A stretch of 64,000 bases of DNA, taken from positions 10,999 through 74,998 of the forward strand of contig DCII01000017.1 of NCBI GenBank assembly GCA_002315935.1. Reading direction: 5' to 3'. The DNA is from Ruminococcaceae bacterium UBA1730. Its GTDB lineage: Bacteria; Bacillota; Clostridia; Oscillospirales; Acutalibacteraceae. A program made the position numbers and the translations under genes. Under the pieces are notes generated by a model. It had not been told where the DNA came from and did not search any database. It worked only from the letters and a program-made list of their open reading frames with translations. This document shows positions 18,276 to 29,317 of the stretch, piece after piece. Position 1 is the first letter of the stretch. Each line of letters opens with the position of its first letter.

Positions 18276-20387
18276 ATGAAAAGAAACAGCTGTTACAAAC
18301 TCGGAAAGGCTCCGCAGAGATTTTGCGAATTCATTTCAACGGCAAACGGTCTTATTTCCGACAAAGCATTATGCCTCGGAGCAGGAGCAGACGGAACAGT
18401 CTATATCGGAACTGACTGCGGTCTGAATTACACAAAAGCAGACGGAAGCTTCGGAAGCTTTCCCTGCGGAGAAATAAGCAATATTTTTGCTTCAAAAGAC
18501 GGTAAGGTTTATTTCACAAGTGCAAATATTCTTTATTGCGTTGAAAACGGAAAAATTGCAGAGCTTCAGCAGTTTGAAGAAGAAATAACAGGTATCAGCG
18601 GCGAAGAGAGAACATTCCTTGTTACTGCTTCAACTATTTATGAGCTTGTTGACGGCAAATTCGAAGAATTCTTCGGAACTGAAATGCCCGCTCAGGGTCT
18701 TACCTGTGCCTGTGGAAGAATAGTTTCGTATTCAGGCAGATGCCTTATGATTTTTGCAGGAAAAAGAAAGAACTGGAGATGCCTTTTCCCCGAGCATACC
18801 CCGATGCCCGAATTTAAAATAAACTGCGTTTCGTTTGATAAAAAGTTAGGTTTCCTCTGGATGGGAACCGATAAGGGTGCTTATATTTACGATAACCATT
18901 GCAACTGGTACGGTCATAAAGAAATAAACGCTCTTCCCGAGGAAGAGATATTCAGCATTAATTTTGCAGATGACGGAAGAGTAATTCTCGGCTCCGATGC
19001 AGGTCTTATCATCATGAACAAGGGCAAGGCTAAATATCTGCCTGCAACAAGATGGGTCTGCGAGGAAAAGGTTAATGATGCAATCACTGTCGGAGACACA
19101 ATCTGGACTGCAACCGATTCAGGCGTTTCAAAGATAACCGAAAAAGAAATGTCTCTCAGGGAAAAAGCAGATTACTGCTATGAGCTGACCGAAAAGCTCT
19201 ATCTTCGCAGAGACGGTTTTCTCTGCTATCTTGAAGATGTTAAAAACTGCGATATAACCACAGGTGTACCCGGAATCAGCGACAATGACGGACTCTGGAC
19301 TCACACCTACCTCGGTGCACTCTGCTATTGCTATGCAGTTACAAAGGATGAAAAAATTCTCGAAAGTGCAAGAAGATGTATGTACGCAATGGCAAAGCTC
19401 ACAAAGGTTACGGGCATAAAAGGCTTTACCGCAAGAGCCGTCAGATATGAGGGAGACAAGAATTACGGCAAAAAGCTTGATATGCAGATTGACGGCGGAG
19501 AATGGCATAAAGCTCCGGACGGCTCCTGCGAATGGCTCGGCGAAACCTCAAGCGATGAAATGACAGGTCACTTCTTCGGATTTTCTCTTTATTATGATTT
19601 CTGTGCCGATGAAAAGGAAAAGGAATTCATCAGAGAAATTATCTGCGACATTGTTGACCACATTCTTGAAAACAAATACAGGCTTCATGACATTGACGGT
19701 CTTCCGACAACATGGGCTTGCTGGGACCCCGATGAGCTTAACAGAAACTGTATGTGGCAATGGGAAAAATGCATAAATTCCCTTGAAATTCTTACATTCC
19801 TAAAGGTTGCATACCACATGAGCGGAAACGAAAAATATCAGAAAGAGTATCTCCATCTCGGTCTTGATGAGCATTATTTTCTCAATATCGCTCAGCATAA
19901 AAAAGAAGACGGTCATGTTACTCACATTGACGATAATCTCGGATTTCTCTGCGAGCAGACATTGCTTCGTCTTGAAGATGATGATGCAACGAGGACCTAC
20001 ATTCTCATGGGTCTTCGCCATCATTGGAATTATGAGAGAATCGAAAGAAACGCAATGTTCAATTTTGTTTACGGAGCATTCACCGATGATGTTTGTGATA
20101 TTGATGCTTCCGTTGAACAGCTCCGCAACACTCCTCTTGATTTTGTAAGAAGACCTATCTATAACAGAAACAGAAAGAATCTTGTTTTCGACACGCAGAT
20201 AGAGCAGTGGGGCGGAGAGCTTCAGCTTGTTGCACCGCTCGATATTGACGAAAGGTCAATCGGAAACAGCGATTCGAATTTCTTCCATGCAGACAGCGGA
20301 AAATCGCATAAAGCTGAGTGTCCGAGTCTTTATCTTCTCCCCTATTGGCTTGGAAGATACTTCGGACTTATCGGCGAAGAAGAATAA
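18276..20387 (+). CDS. Uncharacterised protein: N-terminal beta-propeller-like repeats plus C-terminal helical (six-hairpin-like) domain; paralog of 48656-50869
   Basis: Repeated LWMGTDKG/IWTATDSG/VYIGTDCG two-component-regulator-propeller-type motifs; helical C-half with SDNDGLWT, WLGETSSDEMTGH, HIDDN; no signal peptide. Confidence 0.7.
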   Translation: MKRNSCYKLGKAPQRFCEFISTANGLISDKALCLGAGADGTVYIGTDCGLNYTKADGSFGSFPCGEISNIFASKDGKVYFTSANILYCVENGKIAELQQFEEEITGISGEERTFLVTASTIYELVDGKFEEFFGTEMPAQGLTCACGRIVSYSGRCLMIFAGKRKNWRCLFPEHTPMPEFKINCVSFDKKLGFLWMGTDKGAYIYDNHCNWYGHKEINALPEEEIFSINFADDGRVILGSDAGLIIMNKGKAKYLPATRWVCEEKVNDAITVGDTIWTATDSGVSKITEKEMSLREKADYCYELTEKLYLRRDGFLCYLEDVKNCDITTGVPGISDNDGLWTHTYLGALCYCYAVTKDEKILESARRCMYAMAKLTKVTGIKGFTARAVRYEGDKNYGKKLDMQIDGGEWHKAPDGSCEWLGETSSDEMTGHFFGFSLYYDFCADEKEKEFIREIICDIVDHILENKYRLHDIDGLPTTWACWDPDELNRNCMWQWEKCINSLEILTFLKVAYHMSGNEKYQKEYLHLGLDEHYFLNIAQHKKEDGHVTHIDDNLGFLCEQTLLRLEDDDATRTYILMGLRHHWNYERIERNAMFNFVYGAFTDDVCDIDASVEQLRNTPLDFVRRPIYNRNRKNLVFDTQIEQWGGELQLVAPLDIDERSIGNSDSNFFHADSGKSHKAECPSLYLLPYWLGRYFGLIGEEE

Positions 20388-20391
20388 AATT

Positions 20392-20424
20392 ACGGGTAAA
20401 GGCTTGGTTCCTTTACCCGTTTTC
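20392..20424. terminator. Bidirectional terminator between convergent genes
   Basis: 11-bp perfect stem acgggtaaagg/cctttacccgt flanked by A and T tracts. Confidence 0.75.
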
Positions 20425-21063
20425 TTTATCAAGATATTCGGTTATCGCATTCGCAATGGCTTTTGCATATTCATCAATATTCCTGTCAAACAGTTCATTA
20501 TCTTTTTCGTTATTGATAAATCCGAGTTCAACAAGGCAACTGCTCATTTTTGTATGTTTGTTGATAAAATAATCTCCGTCACCCTGAGCATATCCATTCT
20601 TGACACCCCTGTCAAGAGAAATTCCCACTTTCGAAAGTGCATTCAATATCTTTTTGGCAAGCTCCGTTTCTTCATCGTCTGCTTTGCTTGAAATCCAGAT
20701 TTCAACGCCTTTGGCATTGTCTGCACTGTTTCTGTGAATTGAAACAAATATTTTTGCTTTTCTGAAATTTGCAATTCTGCATCTTTTTTCGAGAGAAATA
20801 AATTTATCCTTATCCCTTGTCATTGCAACGGTTATTCCGTTTTTTTCAAGCAATTCCGAAACCTTCAATGAAATATTCAGATTATCGTCTTTTTCATATC
20901 GTCCGTTATATTCCGCTCCTACATCTTTTCCGCCGTGTCCCGGGTCAATTATTACATCAACGGGACTGTACGCATAATCTAACAGCAGAAGCACACCGGC
21001 GATAGCCAAAACAACCGAAACAAAAATAATTGTCATTTTCTTCTGATTTATATTTTTTCTCAT
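20413..21063 (-). CDS. N-acetylmuramoyl-L-alanine amidase (Amidase_3) with N-terminal membrane anchor
   Basis: IIDPGHGGKD, EKDDNL, FVSIHRNS, CLVELGFINN. Confidence 0.92.
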   Translation of the reverse strand: MRKNINQKKMTIIFVSVVLAIAGVLLLLDYAYSPVDVIIDPGHGGKDVGAEYNGRYEKDDNLNISLKVSELLEKNGITVAMTRDKDKFISLEKRCRIANFRKAKIFVSIHRNSADNAKGVEIWISSKADDEETELAKKILNALSKVGISLDRGVKNGYAQGDGDYFINKHTKMSSCLVELGFINNEKDNELFDRNIDEYAKAIANAITEYLDKENG

Positions 21064-21165
21064 TTCCCGATAATCTCCCCTTTCTTAATATAATTATAGT
21101 CACTATTATGTATTTGATTACAAAAAATTAAAATATAAAGCCGCATCATACGACACGGCTTGAAA

Positions 21166-22071
21166 TTATAAACAATCAATATATCTGCAAGCGGCAAGAG
21201 CTGAAACGGAGCCGTCTGCACAGGCGGTAGTAATCTGCCTTATCGACTTGCTTCTGCAATCGCCGGCAACAAATACTCCGGGAGTTTTCGTTATGCAGGA
21301 TTCATCGGAGTCGATGTAACCCCATTCATTAAGACCTGCAATTTCTTCAAAGGCTTTGTTATTCGGAACAAGTCCGATTGCAACAAAAAGTCCGTCAACA
21401 GTAAGCTCCGAAACAGCTCCGTCTGAATTCTGAAGCTTAAGACCCTTAAGCGAATCATCTCCGATAAGCTCGGTAATAACCGTGCTGACGACAAACTCTA
21501 CATTATCCTTTGCTTGGAGCTTTTCAACAAGCTTTGCTTCGCCGGTCATATAGTCAAGATTCTGAATAACATAGACCTTTTTGCTTGTATCCGAAAGAAG
21601 AACAGCTTCCTGCAAAGCAGAGTTTCCGCCCCCGAGAACGGCAACGATCTGATTTTTGAAAAATGCACCGTCACAAACTGCACAATATGAAATGCCGTTT
21701 CCGACAAGCTCATTTTCCTTCGGCAAACCAATCTGCCTGTGTTTAACGCCGGTTGCAATGATAACTGCTTTTCCTTCATATTCGCCGTCTTCGGTAACAA
21801 CTGTTTTGGTTGCACCGTTGTCTCGGATTGAAATAACGGTTTCCATTTCAATATCCGCACCCTGAGAAAGAACCTGGTCAACAAGCTTATCGGCAAATTC
21901 GATGCCGCTCATTTCGATGAATCCGGGATAATTCTCAATCTGCGGAGAATAAGTTATCTGACCGCCGAATGTGCCTTTTTCAAGCACAAGAACGGATTTA
22001 TCGGCTCTCAGAGCATAGAGTGCCGCAGTCAGACCTGCGGGACCCGCTCCGATAATAATTATATCGTACAT
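21166..22071 (-). CDS. trxB: Thioredoxin reductase
   Basis: GAGPAG, GISYCAVCDG (CxxC), GGGNSA, AGD, RQITTA. Confidence 0.93.
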   Translation of the reverse strand: MYDIIIIGAGPAGLTAALYALRADKSVLVLEKGTFGGQITYSPQIENYPGFIEMSGIEFADKLVDQVLSQGADIEMETVISIRDNGATKTVVTEDGEYEGKAVIIATGVKHRQIGLPKENELVGNGISYCAVCDGAFFKNQIVAVLGGGNSALQEAVLLSDTSKKVYVIQNLDYMTGEAKLVEKLQAKDNVEFVVSTVITELIGDDSLKGLKLQNSDGAVSELTVDGLFVAIGLVPNNKAFEEIAGLNEWGYIDSDESCITKTPGVFVAGDCRSKSIRQITTACADGSVSALAACRYIDCL

Positions 22072-22075
22072 AAAA

Positions 22076-24439
22076 TCAGCCTTCGATGAATTTGATTATT
22101 TCAGAAACACCTGCATATTTTTTGACTTCTTCTCCCTTGATTTCAACAAGAGTAGGAGCCTGTCTTACGCCGAGAGCAATTGCAAGGTCTTCGTTCTCAT
22201 AAGCAAGAACTTCATTGACAACTATTCCCGCTTTATTGAGCTTTGCAAGAGCAATTTTGCAGTTGGGGCAGGTTGCAGTCTTGAAAAGATAAAGACCGTC
22301 AGCAAGCTGAACGCTTGAGTCTGCGTGGTCATCAGCTCCGCAGCAGCAGTTATGCTCATGAGCCTCAAACCTTGAACCTGCGATATTATAAACCTTGCGG
22401 TCTTTATATTCCTGAGTTTTGCCGTCATTCCAGTTCTGAACAGGACGATAATAGCCTGTGATACGGCTGTAAACCTCAGCAGGTTCGCCGCATTCGGGGC
22501 ACTTGAACCGTTCACCGGCAAAATAACCGTGATTCTTGCATACGGAATAAGTCGGCGAAAGAGTATAATAAGGAAGTTTATAATTTCTTGCAATCTTTCT
22601 TACAAGCTCTGCGGCTGCCTTCCAATCGGGAAGCTTTTCGCCGAGAAATGCGTGGAAAACAGTTCCGGAAGTATAGAGAGTCTGAAGCTCATCCTGAACA
22701 TCAAGAGCCTCAAAAATATCTTCCGTGTAACCAACAGGAAGATGAGAACTGTTGGTATAATAAGGAGTTTCGCCTGAAGCGGTAACAATATCGGGATACC
22801 TCTTGAGGTCATGCTTGGCGAGACGATAAGAAGTTGATTCCGCAGGAGTAGCTTCAAGGTTATAGAGATCGCCGTATTCCTCCTGATAATCGGAAAGGCG
22901 TTCACGCATATGATTAAGAACATCCTTTGCAAATTCCTGGGTTTTCTTATCTGTCATATCAGCTTTGAGCCATTTTGCGTTAAGACCGACCTCATTCATG
23001 CCGACAAGACCGATAGTAGAGAAATGATTGTTAAATGTGCCGAGATAACGCTTTGTGTAGGGATAAAGACCTTCATCAAGAAGCTTTGTGATGATTGTTC
23101 TCTTTATCTTGAGAGAACGTGCGGCAATATCCATCATCTTATCAAGGCGGGCATAGAATTCTTTTTCATCAGCCGCAAGATAAGCAATTCTGGGAAGATT
23201 GATTGTAACAACGCCGACTGAGCCTGTTGATTCACCGCTTCCGAAGAAACCGCCGCTCTTTTTGCGAAGCTCACGAAGGTCAAGACGAAGACGGCAGCAC
23301 ATTGAACGGACATCGCTCGGCTCCATATCGCTGTTGACATAGTTTGAAAAATAAGGAGTTCCGTATTTTGAAGTCATTTCAAACAGAAGCTTGTTGTTTT
23401 CCGTTTCGCTCCAGTCGAAATCGCTTGTGATTGAATAAGTCGGAATGGGATACTGGAAGCCTCTGCCGTTGGCATCACCTTCAATCATAATCTCGATGAA
23501 GGCTTTGTTGACCATATCCATTTCTTTCTTACAGTCTTTATACTTGAAATCCGCCTCTTTGCCGCCGATGATGCAGTTCTGCTCTGCAAGGTCGGCAGGA
23601 ACAGTCCAGTCAAGGGTGATGTTTGAGAACGGAGCCTGAGTACCCCAACGGCTGGGAGTATTTACGCCGTAAATGAATGATTCAATGCACTTCTTGGTTG
23701 CGTCATAGGAGAGATTATCAACCTTAACGAAGGGAGCAAGATATGTATCAAAGGATGAGAATGCCTGAGCACCTGCCCATTCATTCTGCATGATTCCGAG
23801 GAAGTTAACCATCTGATTGCAGAGAGTTGCAAGATGCTTTGCAGGAGCAGATGTGATTTTACCCGACACTCCGCCGAGACCCTCCTGAATAAGCTGCTTA
23901 AGAGACCAACCTGCACAATAACCGGTGAGCATGGAAAGATCATGAAGGTGAATATCGGCGTTTCTGTGAGCATTTGCAATTTCATCATCATATATTTCTG
24001 AAAGCCAATAATTAGCGGTTATTGCACCGGAGTTCGAAAGAATAAGACCGCCAACCGAATATGTAACGGTAGAATTCTCTTTGACACGCCAGTCTGTAAC
24101 ATTAACATAGCTGTTAACGAGGTCCTTATAGTCAAGAATTGTTGACTTAAGGTTACGGAGCTTTTCTCTTTGTCTTCTGTAAAGAATATAGCACTTGGCA
24201 ACATCGGCATAGCCTGCCTGAATAAGAACGTGCTCAACGCTGTCCTGAATATCCTCAACTGCAATAAGTGAATTTTCGATTTTCGGCTCAAAATCGGCAG
24301 TTACCTTGAGAGCGAGGAAATCAATAGTTGAATCAACATACTGCTTTTCCTGAGCTTCAAAAGCCTTTCTTATAGCCTCTGCAATTTTTGCTACATTGAA
24401 GTCCGCTACGCTACCGTCTCTTTTTACAACCTGATACAT
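22076..24439 (-). CDS. nrdD: Class III (anaerobic) ribonucleoside-triphosphate reductase with N-terminal ATP-cone and C-terminal glutaredoxin-like domain
   Basis: ATP-cone (VVKRDGSVADFNVAKI), RSMCCRL finger loop, EATPAES, Zn ribbon CKNH..CPEC, YSRITGYYRP Gly loop, then TATCPNC...APTL redoxin domain. Confidence 0.95.
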   Translation of the reverse strand: MYQVVKRDGSVADFNVAKIAEAIRKAFEAQEKQYVDSTIDFLALKVTADFEPKIENSLIAVEDIQDSVEHVLIQAGYADVAKCYILYRRQREKLRNLKSTILDYKDLVNSYVNVTDWRVKENSTVTYSVGGLILSNSGAITANYWLSEIYDDEIANAHRNADIHLHDLSMLTGYCAGWSLKQLIQEGLGGVSGKITSAPAKHLATLCNQMVNFLGIMQNEWAGAQAFSSFDTYLAPFVKVDNLSYDATKKCIESFIYGVNTPSRWGTQAPFSNITLDWTVPADLAEQNCIIGGKEADFKYKDCKKEMDMVNKAFIEIMIEGDANGRGFQYPIPTYSITSDFDWSETENNKLLFEMTSKYGTPYFSNYVNSDMEPSDVRSMCCRLRLDLRELRKKSGGFFGSGESTGSVGVVTINLPRIAYLAADEKEFYARLDKMMDIAARSLKIKRTIITKLLDEGLYPYTKRYLGTFNNHFSTIGLVGMNEVGLNAKWLKADMTDKKTQEFAKDVLNHMRERLSDYQEEYGDLYNLEATPAESTSYRLAKHDLKRYPDIVTASGETPYYTNSSHLPVGYTEDIFEALDVQDELQTLYTSGTVFHAFLGEKLPDWKAAAELVRKIARNYKLPYYTLSPTYSVCKNHGYFAGERFKCPECGEPAEVYSRITGYYRPVQNWNDGKTQEYKDRKVYNIAGSRFEAHEHNCCCGADDHADSSVQLADGLYLFKTATCPNCKIALAKLNKAGIVVNEVLAYENEDLAIALGVRQAPTLVEIKGEEVKKYAGVSEIIKFIEG

Positions 24440-24535
24440 AATTACTCAATCTTTCCTTTCTGAATCAGCCAAACGGCTGATGATGCTCAACGAATATGAT
24501 ATTATCACACTTAATTATAGCTTGTCAATAGGTTT

Positions 24536-24551
24536 ATACAATATATTGTGT
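24536..24551 (-). promoter_or_regulatory. NrdR box upstream of nrdD
   Basis: Minus strand acacaatatattgtat matches the NrdR consensus acaCwAtATaTwGtgt at 15/16. Confidence 0.7.
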
Positions 24552-24598
24552 TTAAAAACGGAATAAATACTACTCAGCACAAAATGTGACAAATTGTA

Positions 24599-25291
24599 TC
24601 ATATTCCACGAAGCTCGCATTCATCAACATACTGAAGCATTATCTCTCTGAAACGAAGCATTTTTTCCTTTGTGACGGCAGTCAGACCGAAGCCGATAAG
24701 CTCTCCGGAATCCTTGAACGCCTGGATATAATGTCTTTTTGCACCTTTAATCCATCTTCCAAGCTCCTGAATGCTTTCATCATCATGGAATTCATTCACA
24801 ACAGTTGTCCGAAATTCATAATCAACATGATTTTCAAGGAGAAAACGGATGCTCTCGTCAACCTTTGAAGTATCGTATCCGCCGATTCCGACAGCAGGAG
24901 GATAATTCTTTTTTGACGCCTTGACATCCATTGCAACATAGTCAACAAGACCTGCACCGACTATTCTCTTCAGTTTATCGGGAAAAGTACCGTTGGTATC
25001 AAGCTTGATTTTATAACCTTTATCTCTGACCTTCTGAATGAATTCAAAAATATCGGGCTGCATCAGCGGCTCGCCGCCCGTAAACGCAACGCCTTCAAGA
25101 ATACCGATTCTTTTATCAAGAAATGAAAGAATTTCTTCTTCTGAATATTCGGTTTCTTTCGGAGGATGAATAACCAATCTCGAATTATGGCAGAACGGAC
25201 AGCGAAGGTCACAGCCGGCAGTGAACAAGGTGCAAGCCATCTTGCCCGGAAAATCAAGCAGAGTAAGCTTCTGAAGCCCCTGAATATTCAA
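24599..25291 (-). CDS. nrdG: Anaerobic RNR activating protein (radical SAM)
   Basis: GCDLRCPFCHN, GVAFTGGEP, KLDTNG, YEFRTTV; next to nrdD. Confidence 0.92.
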   Translation of the reverse strand: MNIQGLQKLTLLDFPGKMACTLFTAGCDLRCPFCHNSRLVIHPPKETEYSEEEILSFLDKRIGILEGVAFTGGEPLMQPDIFEFIQKVRDKGYKIKLDTNGTFPDKLKRIVGAGLVDYVAMDVKASKKNYPPAVGIGGYDTSKVDESIRFLLENHVDYEFRTTVVNEFHDDESIQELGRWIKGAKRHYIQAFKDSGELIGFGLTAVTKEKMLRFREIMLQYVDECELRGI

Positions 25292-25330
25292 AATATCACT
25301 TCTTTCATTTTAATGTGCACGGAAATAATA

Positions 25331-25389
25331 ACACAATATATAGTGCTTGTCAACAAGAAATAAGGCTTTTATTACACAATATTTTGCAA
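25331..25389. promoter_or_regulatory. Two NrdR boxes overlapping the nrdG sigma-A promoter
   Basis: acacaatatatagtgc (25331-25346, 15/16) lies in the spacer of minus-strand TTGACA-17-TATTAT; a weaker acacaatattttgcaa is at 25374-25389. Confidence 0.7.
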
Positions 25390-25464
25390 AAATAAAAAGT
25401 CGCCTTCAAAGACGACTTTGTTTAAAAATTAATCTTTTACTCAGATTTTTACAATTAAGTTTCT

Positions 25465-25890
25465 TTATAACCGTTCCTTAGTATTCAATATCTTTTTTCC
25501 AAAACTTAAAGGAAGAATTTCGGAAAGTTTATATTCTCTGAATTCATTTTGATTTTTGGCAATTATAACAATAAAATCCTCGTTGCAGAATTCATTCATA
25601 ACCTGCCTGCAAACTCCGCACGGAGTGCAGAATTCGGAAGGTTCCGAATCGCCTTTTCCACCGACAATAACAATTCTGTCAAATTCTTTTTCGCCCTCTG
25701 AAACAGCTTTGAAAAATGCAGTTCTTTCGGCACAGCAGGTCGGTGAAAAAGAAGCGTTTTCAATATTACAGCCCGTGAAAGCCCTGCCGTTTTTGCAGAG
25801 CAATGCCGCTCCGACCTTAAAGCCCGAATACGGCGAATATGAATTCTTCCTTGCTTCAAGAGCAAGCTCAATCAATTCTTTGTTTTCCAT
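25465..25890 (-). CDS. cdd: Cytidine deaminase
   Basis: YSPYSGFKVGAA, GCNIENAS, CAERTA, PCGVCRQ; start MENKEL at 25890. Confidence 0.96.
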   Translation of the reverse strand: MENKELIELALEARKNSYSPYSGFKVGAALLCKNGRAFTGCNIENASFSPTCCAERTAFFKAVSEGEKEFDRIVIVGGKGDSEPSEFCTPCGVCRQVMNEFCNEDFIVIIAKNQNEFREYKLSEILPLSFGKKILNTKERL

Positions 25891-25891
25891 A

Positions 25892-26566
25892 TCAATAACC
25901 CGAAGCTTCCTGATTCTTAACAAGCTTAACAATGGAGCTTGTGCCGAGTCTTTCGCAGCCGAGAGCAAGAAAATCCTCCGCATCCTGCATTGAGCGAATT
26001 CCGCCTGCGGCTTTCATTTTTACATTCTCTCCGATATTTTCCGAAAAGAGCATTATATCTTCTCTTGTTGCACCTGCTTTTGAAAAGCCAGTTGAGGTTT
26101 TGATAAAATCAGCTCCCGATTCGGTTACTACTCTGCACATCTCCTTCTTTTCCTCTTCGGAAAGAAGACAGGTTTCTATAATAACCTTAAGAAGCTTTCC
26201 TTTGCAGGCTTTTTTAACTTCTTTTATTTCATTCAGAATATCGTCAAATCTGCCTTCCTTCGCCCAACCGACATTGATAACCATATCAATCTCGTCTGCT
26301 CCGTTTTCAACAGCATCGGAAGCTTCAAAAGCTTTGACGGCGGTTGTTGAATATCCGTTCGGGAAGCCGATAACGGTGCATATTGCAAGCTTATCGCCGA
26401 CATATTCCTTTGCCCATTTAACATAAGAAGCCGGAATGCAGACACTTGCCGTTTTATATTTCATTCCGTCATCACAAATCTGTTTAATCTGTTCGGTTGT
26501 TGCATCAACTGCAAGAAGAGTATGGTCGCAATGCGAAAGAATTTCAGAAATATTCATATATATCAC
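25892..26566 (-). CDS. deoC: Deoxyribose-phosphate aldolase
   Basis: [44 protein letters not shown]. Confidence 0.97.
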   Translation of the reverse strand: MIYMNISEILSHCDHTLLAVDATTEQIKQICDDGMKYKTASVCIPASYVKWAKEYVGDKLAICTVIGFPNGYSTTAVKAFEASDAVENGADEIDMVINVGWAKEGRFDDILNEIKEVKKACKGKLLKVIIETCLLSEEEKKEMCRVVTESGADFIKTSTGFSKAGATREDIMLFSENIGENVKMKAAGGIRSMQDAEDFLALGCERLGTSSIVKLVKNQEASGY

Positions 26567-26655
26567 CTTTCGGATTTTAGGGAATGCTGAATAAATGCGT
26601 TCCCTTAGTTATAAACAAAGTATATCACCATCCGTAATTTTTAGCAAGAATTTAT

Positions 26656-26684
26656 TTGACATACGGTTGATGATAAATTATAAT
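26656..26684 (+). promoter_or_regulatory. Consensus sigma-A promoter of the PHP gene
   Basis: TTGACA-17 nt-TATAAT. Confidence 0.75.
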
Positions 26685-26712
26685 GTAAAAAAATAATGAA
26701 AAGAGAAAGATT

Positions 26713-27465
26713 ATGTTTGTTACCGAAAGAACCTATGATTTCAAAGAGCTTCTCAAATGCAATATGCACACCCATTCAACAAATTCACTTTGTTCAAAGC
26801 CTGAAATGGTTTTTGAGGATATGGTCAGAGAAGCAGAAAAAATCGGTCTTGAAACGCTCGCAATAACCGACCACTCCGATTTGGGAAGCGGAATTGATGT
26901 TGTTGCAAATGCAGATAATTTAAGAGAAAGGCTCAAAGCTCTCAGTTCCCCCGTCAGAGTTCTTGTCGGAGCGGAGCTTTCCGCATACGGAATCGGCAAA
27001 TATGCCGAAACAAGAGAAAGGGACAAGGCACTTGATTTTGCGAGCTACTCCCATGTTCATTATCACCTTGATTATTGGGAGCAACCTGAAGACAGAAGTC
27101 CGAGAGGCTACGCAAAGCATATGCTTGCAGTTCTTGATGAATTATTCAACACCGACAGAGCAGATTGCATTGCTCATCCGTTTTCACCCGGTAAAATGAA
27201 GTTTTTCAACGAGGAAGAAAAGGCGTTAACTCTTGCATCCATAACGGATAACGAGCTTGGCGACATTCTTGAAAAAGGCGAAAGAGCCGAATGTGCATGG
27301 GAAATCCACACTCCGACTTTTCTTACATTTACCGATTTTTCAAAAAGACTTTTCAACATCGGCAAGGAGGCGAATGTTCATTTCGTAATCGGAACCGATG
27401 CTCACAGGCTTGAAGGGCTGAATACATTCCGCTATCTTGAAGCTCTCGAAAATGTTATAAGATAA
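26713..27465 (+). CDS. Stand-alone PHP-domain phosphoesterase
   Basis: MHTHS, AITDH, GAE, IAHP, GTDAH metal ligands. Confidence 0.85.
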   Translation: MFVTERTYDFKELLKCNMHTHSTNSLCSKPEMVFEDMVREAEKIGLETLAITDHSDLGSGIDVVANADNLRERLKALSSPVRVLVGAELSAYGIGKYAETRERDKALDFASYSHVHYHLDYWEQPEDRSPRGYAKHMLAVLDELFNTDRADCIAHPFSPGKMKFFNEEEKALTLASITDNELGDILEKGERAECAWEIHTPTFLTFTDFSKRLFNIGKEANVHFVIGTDAHRLEGLNTFRYLEALENVIR

Positions 27466-27470
27466 ATTTT

Positions 27471-27497
27471 AACCGTGTGTTCAATTGCGACACACGG

Positions 27498-27499
<2 letters not shown>
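27471..27499. terminator. Bidirectional hairpin between the PHP gene and atpC
   Basis: 10-bp perfect stem aaccgtgtgt/acacacggtt. Confidence 0.7.
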
Positions 27500-29314
<1,815 letters not shown>

Positions 29315-29317
29315 TCA

